From IMG/VR virus record IMGVR_UViG_3300024239_000013, positions 124,001 to 188,000 of that record: a stretch of 64,000 nt of DNA; one strand, written 5' to 3'. Numbering within the stretch: the first letter of the stretch is position 1; each line of letters starts with the position of its first letter. The notes under the pieces are model-generated. The model was not told where the DNA came from, searched no databases, and worked only from the letters and a program-made list of their open reading frames with translations. A program made the translations under genes and the position numbers. Below are positions 49,121-59,306 of the stretch, one piece after another.

Positions 49121-50268
49121 TAGAATAAAGCATTAATCATGAAAAGATTTGGACTTATTTTATTATATCCCATAACTTCAATAAATCTATTAATAGGATC
49201 CAAAATAGTCTTTGTGAATTGTTCATCATAATCTATAGGAGGAGCAAACTCATATGGGAATGTTCCTTGTGGATATGCAAATACATTATTATCAGTAGCT
49301 GATTTGACCTTAACAAAATAATAATTAACCTTCTCCCCGCTTCTAATTAAAGAATACTTACTCTTATATTTAGAAGAGTTCAATAGATAGTTGTGATACC
49401 CCGATGCTCTAACATGTATTGGGCAAGCTTTTGCAACCTCAAATCCTGTAGTATCATTTAATATGAATTTTTCGTAATTATTGATATTAACAGAAGCTGA
49501 TATATTTTTAGGTTCTTGTACCTTGAATTCTTTTTTAATTGTCTTTAGCTCTCTAACAAATTCCCTGATATCAAAATTTCTACCTTTTGAGAAGATAAAC
49601 TTTGTTAAATAAACTAGTTTTTCTCTAACAAAAGGTGGAGTACCTCCTTTTATCATTTCAACTCCAGTAAACTTTAACTGAGAAAGAGGTTCTGTATGTA
49701 TACCGGAATCGTAAGATAAATTGGCAACGTATTTCTTTTTACCCAGGAATATTGCATTAAATGACAAAGTCTCTAATTCGAAATCTTGGTAATTGTCAGT
49801 GTTCCATTTCTTGGAATATATTTCGAAGCATTTCTTTAGATATTCATTGAGTCTATATTTATTAATATCTAGGATTAAATCTTTTGCTTCCCCTGGATAG
49901 TCACAAGAATCTACAACTTCCTGGAATGTAACATAATTAGAATCCGTATCTCCATAGATAACTAAAGGATTATTAACCTTTTTGACTTTAGTGATACCTA
50001 GCTTTTCGTGTAATTCTGTATCAAGATGCCAATGGTCATGGAAATACTTATGTAATATTTTTTCTGAGTATTTTATAAGGTCTTGACCCTGGAGTGTAAC
50101 TGCTTCAGCAACGTCGGGATTGAAACATACAAACCAGTTATTACCAATCGCACCATAGATAGAGTTCATAGTTAATTTTATAGCTTGCTCCTCGTTTTTA
50201 AGCTCGTTTTTCAGTGAAGTAAGCTGCTCTATCTTATTCTCAATCTCTATTCTTTCTTCTTCTGTCAT
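49120..50268 (-). CDS. Family B DNA polymerase, C-terminal subunit (split gene)
   Basis: Starts in the fingers domain; KLTMNSIYG, YGDTDS, KKKY and G.E; no exonuclease domain or motif A. Confidence 0.9.
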   Translation of the reverse strand: MTEEERIEIENKIEQLTSLKNELKNEEQAIKLTMNSIYGAIGNNWFVCFNPDVAEAVTLQGQDLIKYSEKILHKYFHDHWHLDTELHEKLGITKVKKVNNPLVIYGDTDSNYVTFQEVVDSCDYPGEAKDLILDINKYRLNEYLKKCFEIYSKKWNTDNYQDFELETLSFNAIFLGKKKYVANLSYDSGIHTEPLSQLKFTGVEMIKGGTPPFVREKLVYLTKFIFSKGRNFDIREFVRELKTIKKEFKVQEPKNISASVNINNYEKFILNDTTGFEVAKACPIHVRASGYHNYLLNSSKYKSKYSLIRSGEKVNYYFVKVKSATDNNVFAYPQGTFPYEFAPPIDYDEQFTKTILDPINRFIEVMGYNKISPNLFMINALF

Positions 50269-50377
50269 GTTAATTAGAAATTATGTAATTTATATGAAGT
50301 AAAAAATATTTGTTCCGAAATTTTTATATATTTTCCAACTATATATATGGTGTTATTAACTACGAAAATATACTTAA

Positions 50378-51952
50378 ATGACAATAAATGATTTTATAAA
50401 TAGCTCCGGAAGAGTTTCTTCTACCAAAAGTAATGAAAAATGGGTATCTAAGAATTTTCCTGAAGATTTTGAAAAAATTAAGAACCATACGAAAAAAATA
50501 GGACTTATTCCAATTTCATTTTCAGAAGAAATATACCATTATATAAATAATTTAAAAAAACCATACGTTTGTAAAGAATGCGGAATAAATAAACCTAAAT
50601 TTAATGGTCTATTGAATGGTTATCAAGAATATTGCTCTTCTAAATGTTCCAATTCTTCAAAGGACGTTAAAAATAAAAAGAAGATCTCCTATGTAAAAAA
50701 ATATGGAGTTGATAATCCTTCGAAATCAAAAGTAGTCATAGAAAAAATTCAAGAAACTTTCAATTCAAAATATGGAGGTAATCCATTAAAATTAGAATCA
50801 TTTAGAAAAAAAATAGAAGAGACAAATATTGAAAGATATGGCGAAAAATCTCCAATGAAAAGGGGAAGCTTAATAAGAGAGAAAATAGAAGAAAGAAAAA
50901 TTTCTGATTTTTTGAAAAAATATGAGCATCTAGAAATAATAGATTTCGAAAACAATAAAAATGGGGAAGTTATAATAAAATGTCAAAAATGTCAAAATGA
51001 ATTCTCAATAAGTAAGTGGAATTTACATCAAAGAAATAAATTTAACGTAAAAGGTGATATATGTACAATCTGTAATCCTATAGGAAACATAACGGAATCC
51101 AAAATAGAATTATTCATAGAGGATTTTCTAATTGAATCTAATCTAAAATACGATAAGAATAACAGAAAGATAATCTCAGGAAAAGAAATAGACTTCTATG
51201 TGCCAGAAGCTAAAATTGGTATAGAGGTAAATGGATTATTTTGGCATTCTGATAAATTTAAGGAAAGCTATTATCATCTAAATAAAACCAAGGAAGCAGA
51301 AAGTAAGGGTATTCTATTAATTCACATTTTTGAAGACGAGATCTTATATAAACCAGAAACGGTTAAATCTAGACTCAGATCCATATTTGGATTAAATGAA
51401 AATAGAATATTTGCAAGAAATTGTAAAATAAAAGAAATATCAAAAAAGGAATCAGGTAAGTTCATGAAGGAGAATCATTTACAGGGGAACGCAGGATGCA
51501 ACGTTTCTTTTGGATTATATTATAATGAAAATCTAGTTTCAGTAATGACCTTCGGAGGTCTTAGAAAAAGTTTAGGATCTAATAATAAGAATGGACATTG
51601 GGAACTTATAAGATTTTGTAATAAGTCTAATACTAGTGTGATCGGAGGTGCGTCCAAGTTATTTAATAAATTCATAGAAAAATACAAACCAGAAAATGTA
51701 ATATCATACTGCGACAGAAGATGGTCAAATGGAGATTTTTATACAAAAATAGGATTTACGCTTGATTCTGAAACAAAACCCAACTATTACTACTTTAAAA
51801 ACGGTATAAGAGAATCCAGATTTAAATATAGAAAGGACGTTTTAGTTAAAATGGGATTTTCTCCAGATAAAAGTGAATCTGAAATTATGCTAGATAGAGG
51901 ATATATGAGAATATATGATTGTGGTAGTTATAAGTTCAAATGGATTTTTTAA
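50378..51952 (+). CDS. Free-standing homing endonuclease (Hef-like; zinc finger, KYG repeats, PD-(D/E)xK)
   Basis: C..C/CS..C, KYGVDNP repeats, EIDFY..IEVNG..WH, ELIRFC..GGASKL and SYCDRRW. Confidence 0.75.
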   Translation: MTINDFINSSGRVSSTKSNEKWVSKNFPEDFEKIKNHTKKIGLIPISFSEEIYHYINNLKKPYVCKECGINKPKFNGLLNGYQEYCSSKCSNSSKDVKNKKKISYVKKYGVDNPSKSKVVIEKIQETFNSKYGGNPLKLESFRKKIEETNIERYGEKSPMKRGSLIREKIEERKISDFLKKYEHLEIIDFENNKNGEVIIKCQKCQNEFSISKWNLHQRNKFNVKGDICTICNPIGNITESKIELFIEDFLIESNLKYDKNNRKIISGKEIDFYVPEAKIGIEVNGLFWHSDKFKESYYHLNKTKEAESKGILLIHIFEDEILYKPETVKSRLRSIFGLNENRIFARNCKIKEISKKESGKFMKENHLQGNAGCNVSFGLYYNENLVSVMTFGGLRKSLGSNNKNGHWELIRFCNKSNTSVIGGASKLFNKFIEKYKPENVISYCDRRWSNGDFYTKIGFTLDSETKPNYYYFKNGIRESRFKYRKDVLVKMGFSPDKSESEIMLDRGYMRIYDCGSYKFKWIF

Positions 51953-51965
51953 TATGAAATTTAAT

Positions 51966-52004
51966 AAAAAAACCCAATCTACTTTTTTAGATTGGGTTTT
52001 TTTT
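51966..52004. terminator. Bidirectional intrinsic terminator
   Basis: aaaaaaacccaatcta/tagattgggttttttt between convergent genes. Confidence 0.85.
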
Positions 52005-52020
52005 ATTTATATAGAGTTTT

Positions 52021-52791
52021 TTATTTTTCAACTAATCCTATAGCAATCGAAGTAGAAGACTGTTCAGAAACTAAAACTAGTCTGTTTTCGTGAACATAAA
52101 CCTGACATGTCTCTTGCTCCATATGTGATAATTGATTTTTGTAGATATTAGGTGAAGATGTAGAATTAGAATTCTCAAAAAGAATTTCAGAAGAACCTAT
52201 ATTCAATTTATAGTTGAAAGAATCACCAATGGCATGTACACTTTTGTCGTTTACCTCAAAACAAAGAATCTCTTCCGAATTTGTTTCAAGTCCACATAAA
52301 GAAGTAACTGTACTAAAATCCGATTGATAAATTCTGAAATTCACATCATAATCTTCCTTAGAGTGAACTATATTTAAGATGCTATCTTCTACATAAGAAA
52401 GTAAGGAAAGATCAGCACATCTTAATTTAATGCTAAGTGAAGCTGAAACCAATTTGAGTTCATTAGCAACGCAAGATCCGTCCGATTTCGTCAGTGAAAA
52501 TTCAATGAAAACCTCCTCTTCCGGTCTAAAGTGCTTAAATGCTTCTATTAGTCGGGTAACATCAACTATACCAATTTTTATACGATCGTCTTCTACTTCT
52601 TTCCAATCGATAACACCTTCTAATACATCATTTCTGACAACGCTTGAAAATTTCATTACTGATTTATCAGGGGTGTGTACTTTAGAGAATAGACTTTCTT
52701 CAGTTAATTCCAAGATGACACTTCGATCAACTGCCTTCAGTCTTTTTAGAAACGTGATCAAATTTGGAATGCTTGTAATTCTTAATTTCAT
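52021..52791 (-). CDS. Probable sliding clamp (gp45/PCNA-like)
   Basis: About 256 aa with a two-repeat beta-alpha-beta pattern; lies between the topoisomerase and polymerase genes. Confidence 0.5.
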   Translation of the reverse strand: MKLRITSIPNLITFLKRLKAVDRSVILELTEESLFSKVHTPDKSVMKFSSVVRNDVLEGVIDWKEVEDDRIKIGIVDVTRLIEAFKHFRPEEEVFIEFSLTKSDGSCVANELKLVSASLSIKLRCADLSLLSYVEDSILNIVHSKEDYDVNFRIYQSDFSTVTSLCGLETNSEEILCFEVNDKSVHAIGDSFNYKLNIGSSEILFENSNSTSSPNIYKNQLSHMEQETCQVYVHENRLVLVSEQSSTSIAIGLVEK

Positions 52792-52830
52792 TTTTTTTAA
52801 ATTGTTTAATATTCTAGTCAATTTTTCTTT

Positions 52831-54237
52831 TTAAATTTCATCTTCTTCTGAATTTTCCTCAACAATTTCATCTTCCTCAACAACTTGGAAAATCTCTATT
52901 CCATCGGATTGGGTCGGCTCAAATAATGCAGTGTTTGTAAATTTGGTATTTTTCCCCTTAGGCATTTTTTGGATTTCCTTCATTTTGCTCTTATAGAGTC
53001 TTTCTTGTTCTTTTATTTCCTTCTTAACTTTAGCAATTTTTTTCTTTAACTCTTGTATATCAATTTGAGTTTGCTTAATGTGCTCTATGCTAAGTTTTAC
53101 TGCTTCTATTCTTTGAAGTCTAGAGGATATCCACGATTCATATTCTCCTAAGAATTCTAAGATCTCGTCATTTTTCCTTTTCTTAGCAACCATAAAATTT
53201 AAAAATTTCAATTTAGCCTCTAAGAAAGCAAGTTCTCTCGAATAGTCTAATTCGTCTCTAATTAGTCTTTTTAGCTTGACATATTCTAAATGACCTCTAA
53301 AATGATCTAGATACTCCTTGACAGAACTGAATTCCATAACATTCCCATCCTTTACAAAAATAACGTCTTCCTTTACTATTATTTTTGATAATTTAGAAAT
53401 TATATTACACATATCTCTAAATGCATCAGGACTCGATATTCCTCTAAGAGAAACTAGCAAATCACACTTACTCTGTGATCTATTTTCTATTCTGTAATCA
53501 TGACCGCTTCTCTCTAGCTTATCTTCTAACTTATTAATAAAACTATCGTATCTCATAACAGGAGGAAGATCAAAAATTCGAATTATTTTTTTATTTTGAT
53601 CTATTTCCATACCACTTTCTATTAACCAGGTATTTTCCTCGTTCATGTATTTAGTGATTTTTCCTGAAAAGTCCTTAAAATATGGTTTTAATAACTTTGG
53701 AGTTCCTTTTAAATATTCCACTACATCTTCATATTTCCTAGGAAGTATATTACTTCTATATCCAACTGCTATACCAACAACATGTGTCAGAAGTCCAAGT
53801 GGAAATTCTACATGAATCCAATCGTGACCACCCTCACTATTTTTTTCATTAAGATCGTAATTTTTAGATATAATCTCTTTGATTTTTTGGTTAATCTTAA
53901 CAGACGTATATCTAGGTGCTGAAGGACTCGGATTAACCGGGGATCCAAAAAATCCATCACCTTCTAATATACCATACGAACACCCAAAAGGTCTGGCAAG
54001 TTTAGATATTGCTCCAGCTAGAGAGGAATCTCCATGGTGATATAACCCTGTTTTTATAACCTCACCAACCAAACCAACTGTTTTATTAAATTTACTTGGA
54101 GAATTTTCTAATATTAATCTTTGAACCGGGGTTAAAGCATCATAAAAATTTGGAATTCCCCTACTTTGTAAAACGTACAGAGCATATGTTCTGTATTGCG
54201 TGTTTATCTGATCTGATATGTTTAATTGATTATTCAT
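52831..54237 (-). CDS. Type IIA topoisomerase, DNA-breakage subunit (gp52-like)
   Basis: RGIP..D.L.PVQR, YHHGD.S, G.FG, APRYT and GIAVG. Confidence 0.9.
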   Translation of the reverse strand: MNNQLNISDQINTQYRTYALYVLQSRGIPNFYDALTPVQRLILENSPSKFNKTVGLVGEVIKTGLYHHGDSSLAGAISKLARPFGCSYGILEGDGFFGSPVNPSPSAPRYTSVKINQKIKEIISKNYDLNEKNSEGGHDWIHVEFPLGLLTHVVGIAVGYRSNILPRKYEDVVEYLKGTPKLLKPYFKDFSGKITKYMNEENTWLIESGMEIDQNKKIIRIFDLPPVMRYDSFINKLEDKLERSGHDYRIENRSQSKCDLLVSLRGISSPDAFRDMCNIISKLSKIIVKEDVIFVKDGNVMEFSSVKEYLDHFRGHLEYVKLKRLIRDELDYSRELAFLEAKLKFLNFMVAKKRKNDEILEFLGEYESWISSRLQRIEAVKLSIEHIKQTQIDIQELKKKIAKVKKEIKEQERLYKSKMKEIQKMPKGKNTKFTNTALFEPTQSDGIEIFQVVEEDEIVEENSEEDEI

Positions 54238-54252
54238 TATTTTATGTTACCT

Positions 54253-54573
54253 TTATTTTCTTAGAAAAATAATCACTGATTCTATAATTACCCCGACACT
54301 ACTTTGAAGAAATGGAAATATTAAATAATTAATAAAAGGATCAGATGTTACCCAAGGTAAGATAGATCCAAGAACACCATCATGTGTAAGGTATCCAAAA
54401 ATTAAAAATCCAGCCCAGAATCCTAGACATCTTATACAACTTAATAAATTCCCAAGAATCGGGAATTTTACCAATGTCCACCTTCTAGGTTTATCTAATA
54501 TAGACCCGTTCACAATACCGGAAGTTATTGTCCATCCGATAAATAATAAAAATAATATTTCCATATTAATCAA
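54253..54573 (-). CDS. Small membrane protein (DUF1360-like)
   Basis: TM segments; LLSC..C.GFW. Confidence 0.6.
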   Translation of the reverse strand: MINMEILFLLFIGWTITSGIVNGSILDKPRRWTLVKFPILGNLLSCIRCLGFWAGFLIFGYLTHDGVLGSILPWVTSDPFINYLIFPFLQSSVGVIIESVIIFLRK

Positions 54574-55603
54574 AATAATCTAATGCTTTAATTTGTTCTT
54601 CTGTTAAATTTTCTGGTATCATTATGTGGATTTTTACCAGGATGTCACCAGTACCAAATCCATTGAATTCCGGTAGACCCTTTGAATGAAGTCTTAATGT
54701 TTTACCTGGAGAAGTTCCAGGAGGTATTCTTATCCTCAATAGAGATCCCTTTAAATCTGGTAATTCTAGATCTGATCCAAGACAAGCTTCTTTAAATGTA
54801 AGAAATTTATTATGGATTAGATTTATTCCATCTCTAACATAAACGGGATGCACATATTCTTCTATAATTACAACTAAATCCCCAGGGTTGGATGGCATTT
54901 TTGCCCAATCTCCCTTACCTACAACTAGATACGAAACCCCACTAATGGATCCTTTAGGAATACTAACATCTATTTCCTCTTCTTTTTTAACCGTACCTGT
55001 CCCAGAACAATGTCTACAATGAACCTTTGGTATGCTTCCTGCTCCTTTACAAGTTCCACAAACTTCTTGCATTACAACCTCGCCAAAAGAATGATGTACT
55101 GTTTTATTAACTCTTCCAAGACCACCACAATTTGGACAATTGGAGATTTCTGCATTGTGAGCACCAGTACCTTTGCACGGATCGCATATAACTCTACGAT
55201 TAACCTTAATTCTCTTAACCGCCCCCTTCATCATCTCTTCCAGAGTTATGCTAACATAGGCATTTATATTTCTTCCTTTGTTTATCATCGGTTCGTATGC
55301 TTCTCTTTTTCCATTAAAGAAGGATGAAAAGTCCCCACTTTGAAAAGGATTGGCTCCTCTGAAAGCATCTCTGAATAGATCCTCAAAAGGATTAGATCCA
55401 CCAGAGAAAGTGTTTGGATTGTCATATTTAGATTTTTTTGCAGGATCTGATAGAATTTCATAAGCCTCAGCAATCTCTTTAAATTTATCCTCGCTTCCAC
55501 TTTTGTCCGGATGGTGTTTTACAGCTAATTTCCTGTATGCTTTTTTAATCTCCTCAGGAGAAGAGTTTCTAGAAACTCCTAATATTTTGTAGTAATCTTT
55601 CAT
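54566..55603 (-). CDS. dnaJ: DnaJ co-chaperone
   Basis: J domain with HPD; four CxxCxGxG repeats; C-terminal domain. Confidence 0.95.
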   Translation of the reverse strand: MKDYYKILGVSRNSSPEEIKKAYRKLAVKHHPDKSGSEDKFKEIAEAYEILSDPAKKSKYDNPNTFSGGSNPFEDLFRDAFRGANPFQSGDFSSFFNGKREAYEPMINKGRNINAYVSITLEEMMKGAVKRIKVNRRVICDPCKGTGAHNAEISNCPNCGGLGRVNKTVHHSFGEVVMQEVCGTCKGAGSIPKVHCRHCSGTGTVKKEEEIDVSIPKGSISGVSYLVVGKGDWAKMPSNPGDLVVIIEEYVHPVYVRDGINLIHNKFLTFKEACLGSDLELPDLKGSLLRIRIPPGTSPGKTLRLHSKGLPEFNGFGTGDILVKIHIMIPENLTEEQIKALDYFD

Positions 55604-55959
55604 TGTTCAAAATTGATTCCAAATATATCCTTTATTCTTATTACACCCTCGGAAGGGTCAAGTTTATCTCTATCCCTCCATCTTTCCTTGAGCTTCTGAG
55701 ATAGATCCAATACTTCTTTACAGATTTCATATTTCTCTAAATCCTCCCAGTATGAAAGAGTTCTTTTAACAAAACTGTCGATTTGATTCTCACTATCGAA
55801 AATATAGAGGAAATCTATAGTTTGTTCTCTCAGAGAATCTAGGAAAATGTCCTGTATGGCTCTTTCTATATGTTTTTTTAGAATATTATACTGTGGATGC
55901 TTTTCTGGTTCTTCGTAACCCCCACTAAAAAAATACTCGCTGTTATTAAAGCTTTCCAT
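55600..55959 (-). CDS. Hypothetical protein (E.YE.C motif)
   Basis: 119 aa ORF. Confidence 0.6.
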   Translation of the reverse strand: MESFNNSEYFFSGGYEEPEKHPQYNILKKHIERAIQDIFLDSLREQTIDFLYIFDSENQIDSFVKRTLSYWEDLEKYEICKEVLDLSQKLKERWRDRDKLDPSEGVIRIKDIFGINFEQ

Positions 55960-55960
55960 A

Positions 55961-56188
55961 CTATTTTATTTCCTCTAGTTTAGATTTTATAGAATAAAAA
56001 TATTTTGTATCAAATAACTCCAAAAAATCACCTACAAGAGAATCTACAGTTTCCTTTCCATAATTCTCTACCAAATAGTCATATCTAACAGAAGCTTCTA
56101 TTCCTCTATCTATATTGTATTTAATCTGAGTATTTTCTGGACCATTTAACGATTTTTCAAAATCTTCTATTTCTTTACTATTTTCCAT
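55961..56188 (-). CDS. Hypothetical protein
   Basis: 75 aa ORF. Confidence 0.55.
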   Translation of the reverse strand: MENSKEIEDFEKSLNGPENTQIKYNIDRGIEASVRYDYLVENYGKETVDSLVGDFLELFDTKYFYSIKSKLEEIK

Positions 56189-56197
56189 ATTAAAAAA

Positions 56198-57112
56198 TTA
56201 TTTTTTTTCTAAAAATTTCAAAAGAGCTTTGTCTTTCATTTTTACTTCGAATTCTATATCGTGATTTAGTCCATAAGTTTCAACACTTTCCCATATCCAA
56301 TCAGTATGAGCAACCTCTTTTGCTGAACTGTCCTCGTAAATTTTTTTAGATTCTGAATAATGAGTTATAGCTGGTATGTCTTCTGGCCAAGTAGAAAGAC
56401 AAAGTTCTAGAGCTTGTCTTTCGTCAAGATGTGATGGGTTGCATTGATTATGTAAATAATCAAAAGTGACAGGGATTCCAATTTTATTATATATCAAATG
56501 GTATAAATCATAGGCTGTGTACTGGGACTTTTTATCATCAACTTCAACAACCAGTCTTTTTTTAGCTGATTCTGAAAGTCTTTCAAAATTCAAACAGAAT
56601 CTTTCCGCAGCTTCTTCTTTTGTTGGTTTGGTTGTATTTACGTGAATGTTTATTGGATAAAATGTGGTTTTGTCAAGATCCATTAAATCGAATATTTCTG
56701 CATGTTGATTTAATTCCTTTATGGCTTTTTCAACGACGTCTGGATTATTAGAAGCTAAAACGCTATATGGCGAAGGGTGAAATGTGATTCTTTGATTTGT
56801 TCTTTTTACAAAGTCTCCGCAAGATTTTAAAATTAAGGAAATCTGATTATAGTCGGGTAGATCACTTATCTCGTATTCTGAAGACCAAGGAAATATATCA
56901 CTTGACATTCTATACATTCTTATATTGTTATCATCATTCCACTCTAAAACTCTTCTGAGATCGGTAACATTCTTTAAAGCAAGTTCGGATGCATATTCCA
57001 GACCTCTTTCCAGAAATGTTTTTTTAACCATTCCTCTATTAGTAGTTACTTTATCTTTACCTTCCGAAAGAGTCAGATTTATACAGCAATAACCGTATCT
57101 TCTATCCATCAT
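56198..57112 (-). CDS. uvsE: UV damage endonuclease UvsE/UvdE
   Basis: GYCCIN, RMSSD.FP, FHP, FD.LH, HYSES, AH.D and EVK.K. Confidence 0.9.
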   Translation of the reverse strand: MMDRRYGYCCINLTLSEGKDKVTTNRGMVKKTFLERGLEYASELALKNVTDLRRVLEWNDDNNIRMYRMSSDIFPWSSEYEISDLPDYNQISLILKSCGDFVKRTNQRITFHPSPYSVLASNNPDVVEKAIKELNQHAEIFDLMDLDKTTFYPINIHVNTTKPTKEEAAERFCLNFERLSESAKKRLVVEVDDKKSQYTAYDLYHLIYNKIGIPVTFDYLHNQCNPSHLDERQALELCLSTWPEDIPAITHYSESKKIYEDSSAKEVAHTDWIWESVETYGLNHDIEFEVKMKDKALLKFLEKK

Positions 57113-57136
57113 TAATTTTTTAATTATTATATTCTA

Positions 57137-57170
57137 CAAATATAAATAAAAATTTCGATATTAAAAAAAA
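57137..57170 (-). promoter_or_regulatory. Bacteroidota-type promoter (TATATTTG)
   Basis: T-run-AATATCG-N11-TATATTTG. Confidence 0.65.
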
Positions 57171-57171
57171 A

Positions 57172-58959
57172 TTATTTCCCAGAACTTAACCATTTCTTTC
57201 TCTCATTAGCAGACTTACCAAAAGCCATCTCTAGATGTTTTTTAGTTTCATTGTCCTCCTTAAGAACTGTTATTTTTTTATTTTTCATAACATAATCCCA
57301 GTCCTCAAGAGAAAGAGAACCAAGTCCTTTAAGGTATCTAACGTTTGATTTTTCACCCTTCCCTGAATTCTTTTTAAAATCTTCTAATGAATAATAATAT
57401 TTTTTAACCCTGTCCCCTACTGTAACCAATGGGGTTTCTAGAAAATGGATTCTTCCTTGTTTAATCATCCAAGGAAACCACATATAAAAAAGATTTATTA
57501 ATAGCGATGTAATGTGTGCACCGTCTGGGTCTTGATCAGTTGCTATAACGACTCTCTCAAAAGGACAAGCTAGATTCTGCCCTTCAGGGTCTAGATTTAA
57601 AATCTGCATAAGCTCTAAGATCTCTCTGTTTTCCGATAGATCGGAAAGACTTCTTGCATTTTTAATTTTTCCCTTTAAAGCATATACACCATCTTTCTTG
57701 GGGTCTCTTTTTTGTAAAATAGATCCCATTGCACTTAGACCCTCTACTATAAATAGATTCTCAGCTTTTGTCGAAGTTGCAGGGAAGTATTTATTAGAAT
57801 GCTTGATTCTGATAGATTTCTTCTCCCTTCTAATTTTTTTAAGCTCCGTGTCCTTTCTCCTATCATCTACTGATTTTTTTATTCTTTTAAATACGTCGCT
57901 CTTGAAAAATTTATTTAATGCAGAATCAAAGTTCCTCACTATTGTAGGCTCTACTTCCTCCCTCTTAGAAACGAATTTAGTCTTATTTTGGTCACCAAAT
58001 CTAACTATCTTAGGTGAGAGATTCAGAATGATTAAAGTGTCGTAAAAGTGGTGTCCTAGCGTGTCATCTAGCTGAATGTTTATCCTGTCTTGAATTATTT
58101 TTTGGTGGATTCCTGTACAAAGAGCACTATTCACAAAAGAGAAAGTTCCAGAATCTGGTTTTTTTTCCCAGATGAGAATTTCACCTATTGATGTTTTACT
58201 AGACCAATCTGGCTTTAGTTCAGATGATATATTTTCAGTCTTTCCGTCCCAAGTAAATTCAATCTTTAAAGAAGCTGTTTTTTCCTCAGTTTCTAAAACT
58301 CTTTTTTTCAAACAGAGATATGATTTAATTGTTGAATAATCCCATTTGGTATTATCAAAAACACTTGAATTTGGTATGAATGTAACGGTAGTACCTGTTT
58401 GTTTTGATTTTGGTTTATTTGTAATAATCGGTTTTTCTGAAATGAATTTATTCCATGACTGTCTATAAATTTCTTTTGAATTAATGGTCTCGATTTGGAA
58501 GAATACTGAAAGTGCATTAACTAGGCTCACCCCCATTCCATTAGTACCTACTATAGATTCACTTATATTATCGTTATCGAAATTCGAACCAGCTCTTAGC
58601 ATAGATACTGCAGTTTCTATGTTACTCAATTTACTTTTTTTGTTTATGGCTGATCCATTAGTAAACCCATCTCCAGTATCAGTTATGCTTATTGAATTAT
58701 GTTTAGAGTCAACTATAACAGAGATCTTTTTCATCGGAGTGGACATTCTCTTTGCTTCATCAACTGAATTAGCAAATACCTCATCAAATAATTTATACAT
58801 TCCTATTGAATGTTCTCTTAAAACAGATTTAATAAAGCCGTCTCCGATTATAGGTAACGTTTCTTCTGATCTTTTTACTGAACCAACATACATGGTTGGT
58901 CTTTTTATAATGTGTTCAAAATCCGTAAGTACTTCAATGGTCTTATTAACTTTACTCAT
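57172..58959 (-). CDS. Type IIA topoisomerase, ATPase/TOPRIM subunit (fused gp39+gp60-like)
   Basis: RP.MY.GS, E...NS.DE, GTNG.G, EGLSA, LKGK, D.D.DG.HI and YLKGLG. Confidence 0.93.
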   Translation of the reverse strand: MSKVNKTIEVLTDFEHIIKRPTMYVGSVKRSEETLPIIGDGFIKSVLREHSIGMYKLFDEVFANSVDEAKRMSTPMKKISVIVDSKHNSISITDTGDGFTNGSAINKKSKLSNIETAVSMLRAGSNFDNDNISESIVGTNGMGVSLVNALSVFFQIETINSKEIYRQSWNKFISEKPIITNKPKSKQTGTTVTFIPNSSVFDNTKWDYSTIKSYLCLKKRVLETEEKTASLKIEFTWDGKTENISSELKPDWSSKTSIGEILIWEKKPDSGTFSFVNSALCTGIHQKIIQDRINIQLDDTLGHHFYDTLIILNLSPKIVRFGDQNKTKFVSKREEVEPTIVRNFDSALNKFFKSDVFKRIKKSVDDRRKDTELKKIRREKKSIRIKHSNKYFPATSTKAENLFIVEGLSAMGSILQKRDPKKDGVYALKGKIKNARSLSDLSENREILELMQILNLDPEGQNLACPFERVVIATDQDPDGAHITSLLINLFYMWFPWMIKQGRIHFLETPLVTVGDRVKKYYYSLEDFKKNSGKGEKSNVRYLKGLGSLSLEDWDYVMKNKKITVLKEDNETKKHLEMAFGKSANERKKWLSSGK

Positions 58960-59012
58960 TCTTTAATATTATGTTTATTATTATATACAGATATTTTTAA
59001 TTTGTTCTCAAT

Positions 59013-59039
59013 AAAAAACCTCCAATATAGGAGGTTTTT
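59013..59039. terminator. Intrinsic terminator
   Basis: aaaaaacctcc-aatata-ggaggttttt. Confidence 0.8.
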
Positions 59040-59062
59040 ATATATTTGGTATTTTTTTTTGG

Positions 59063-59278
59063 TTATTTATTAAAAACACTCGAAATAATTTCATCAACAA
59101 GATTAACATCATGTAATTCTTTCATCGTGTTATACAGGTCTAATCCAACTGTTTTATTTTCCACCTCAATATCATCTTTAATAATTGAGATCATAATCTT
59201 TGTATTACCATACAATTCTTTTAATTCTATTTCTCTAGACAACAGTTCCTGTTTCTTTTTTTCTAAATTATTTTCCAT
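59063..59278 (-). CDS. Hypothetical protein
   Basis: 71 aa ORF. Confidence 0.55.
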   Translation of the reverse strand: MENNLEKKKQELLSREIELKELYGNTKIMISIIKDDIEVENKTVGLDLYNTMKELHDVNLVDEIISSVFNK

Positions 59279-59306
59279 ATTTCCCTTAAATTTTATTATT
59301 TTTTAA

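Noticed and set aside
50268-52021. Group I intron or intein interrupting the polymerase
   Set aside because: The endonuclease is antisense with its own terminator, no upstream polymerase exon flanks it, and no intron core or intein motifs are visible.
57172-58959. T4 gene 60-type bypass in the topoisomerase
   Set aside because: The ATPase and TOPRIM regions are in one uninterrupted ORF.
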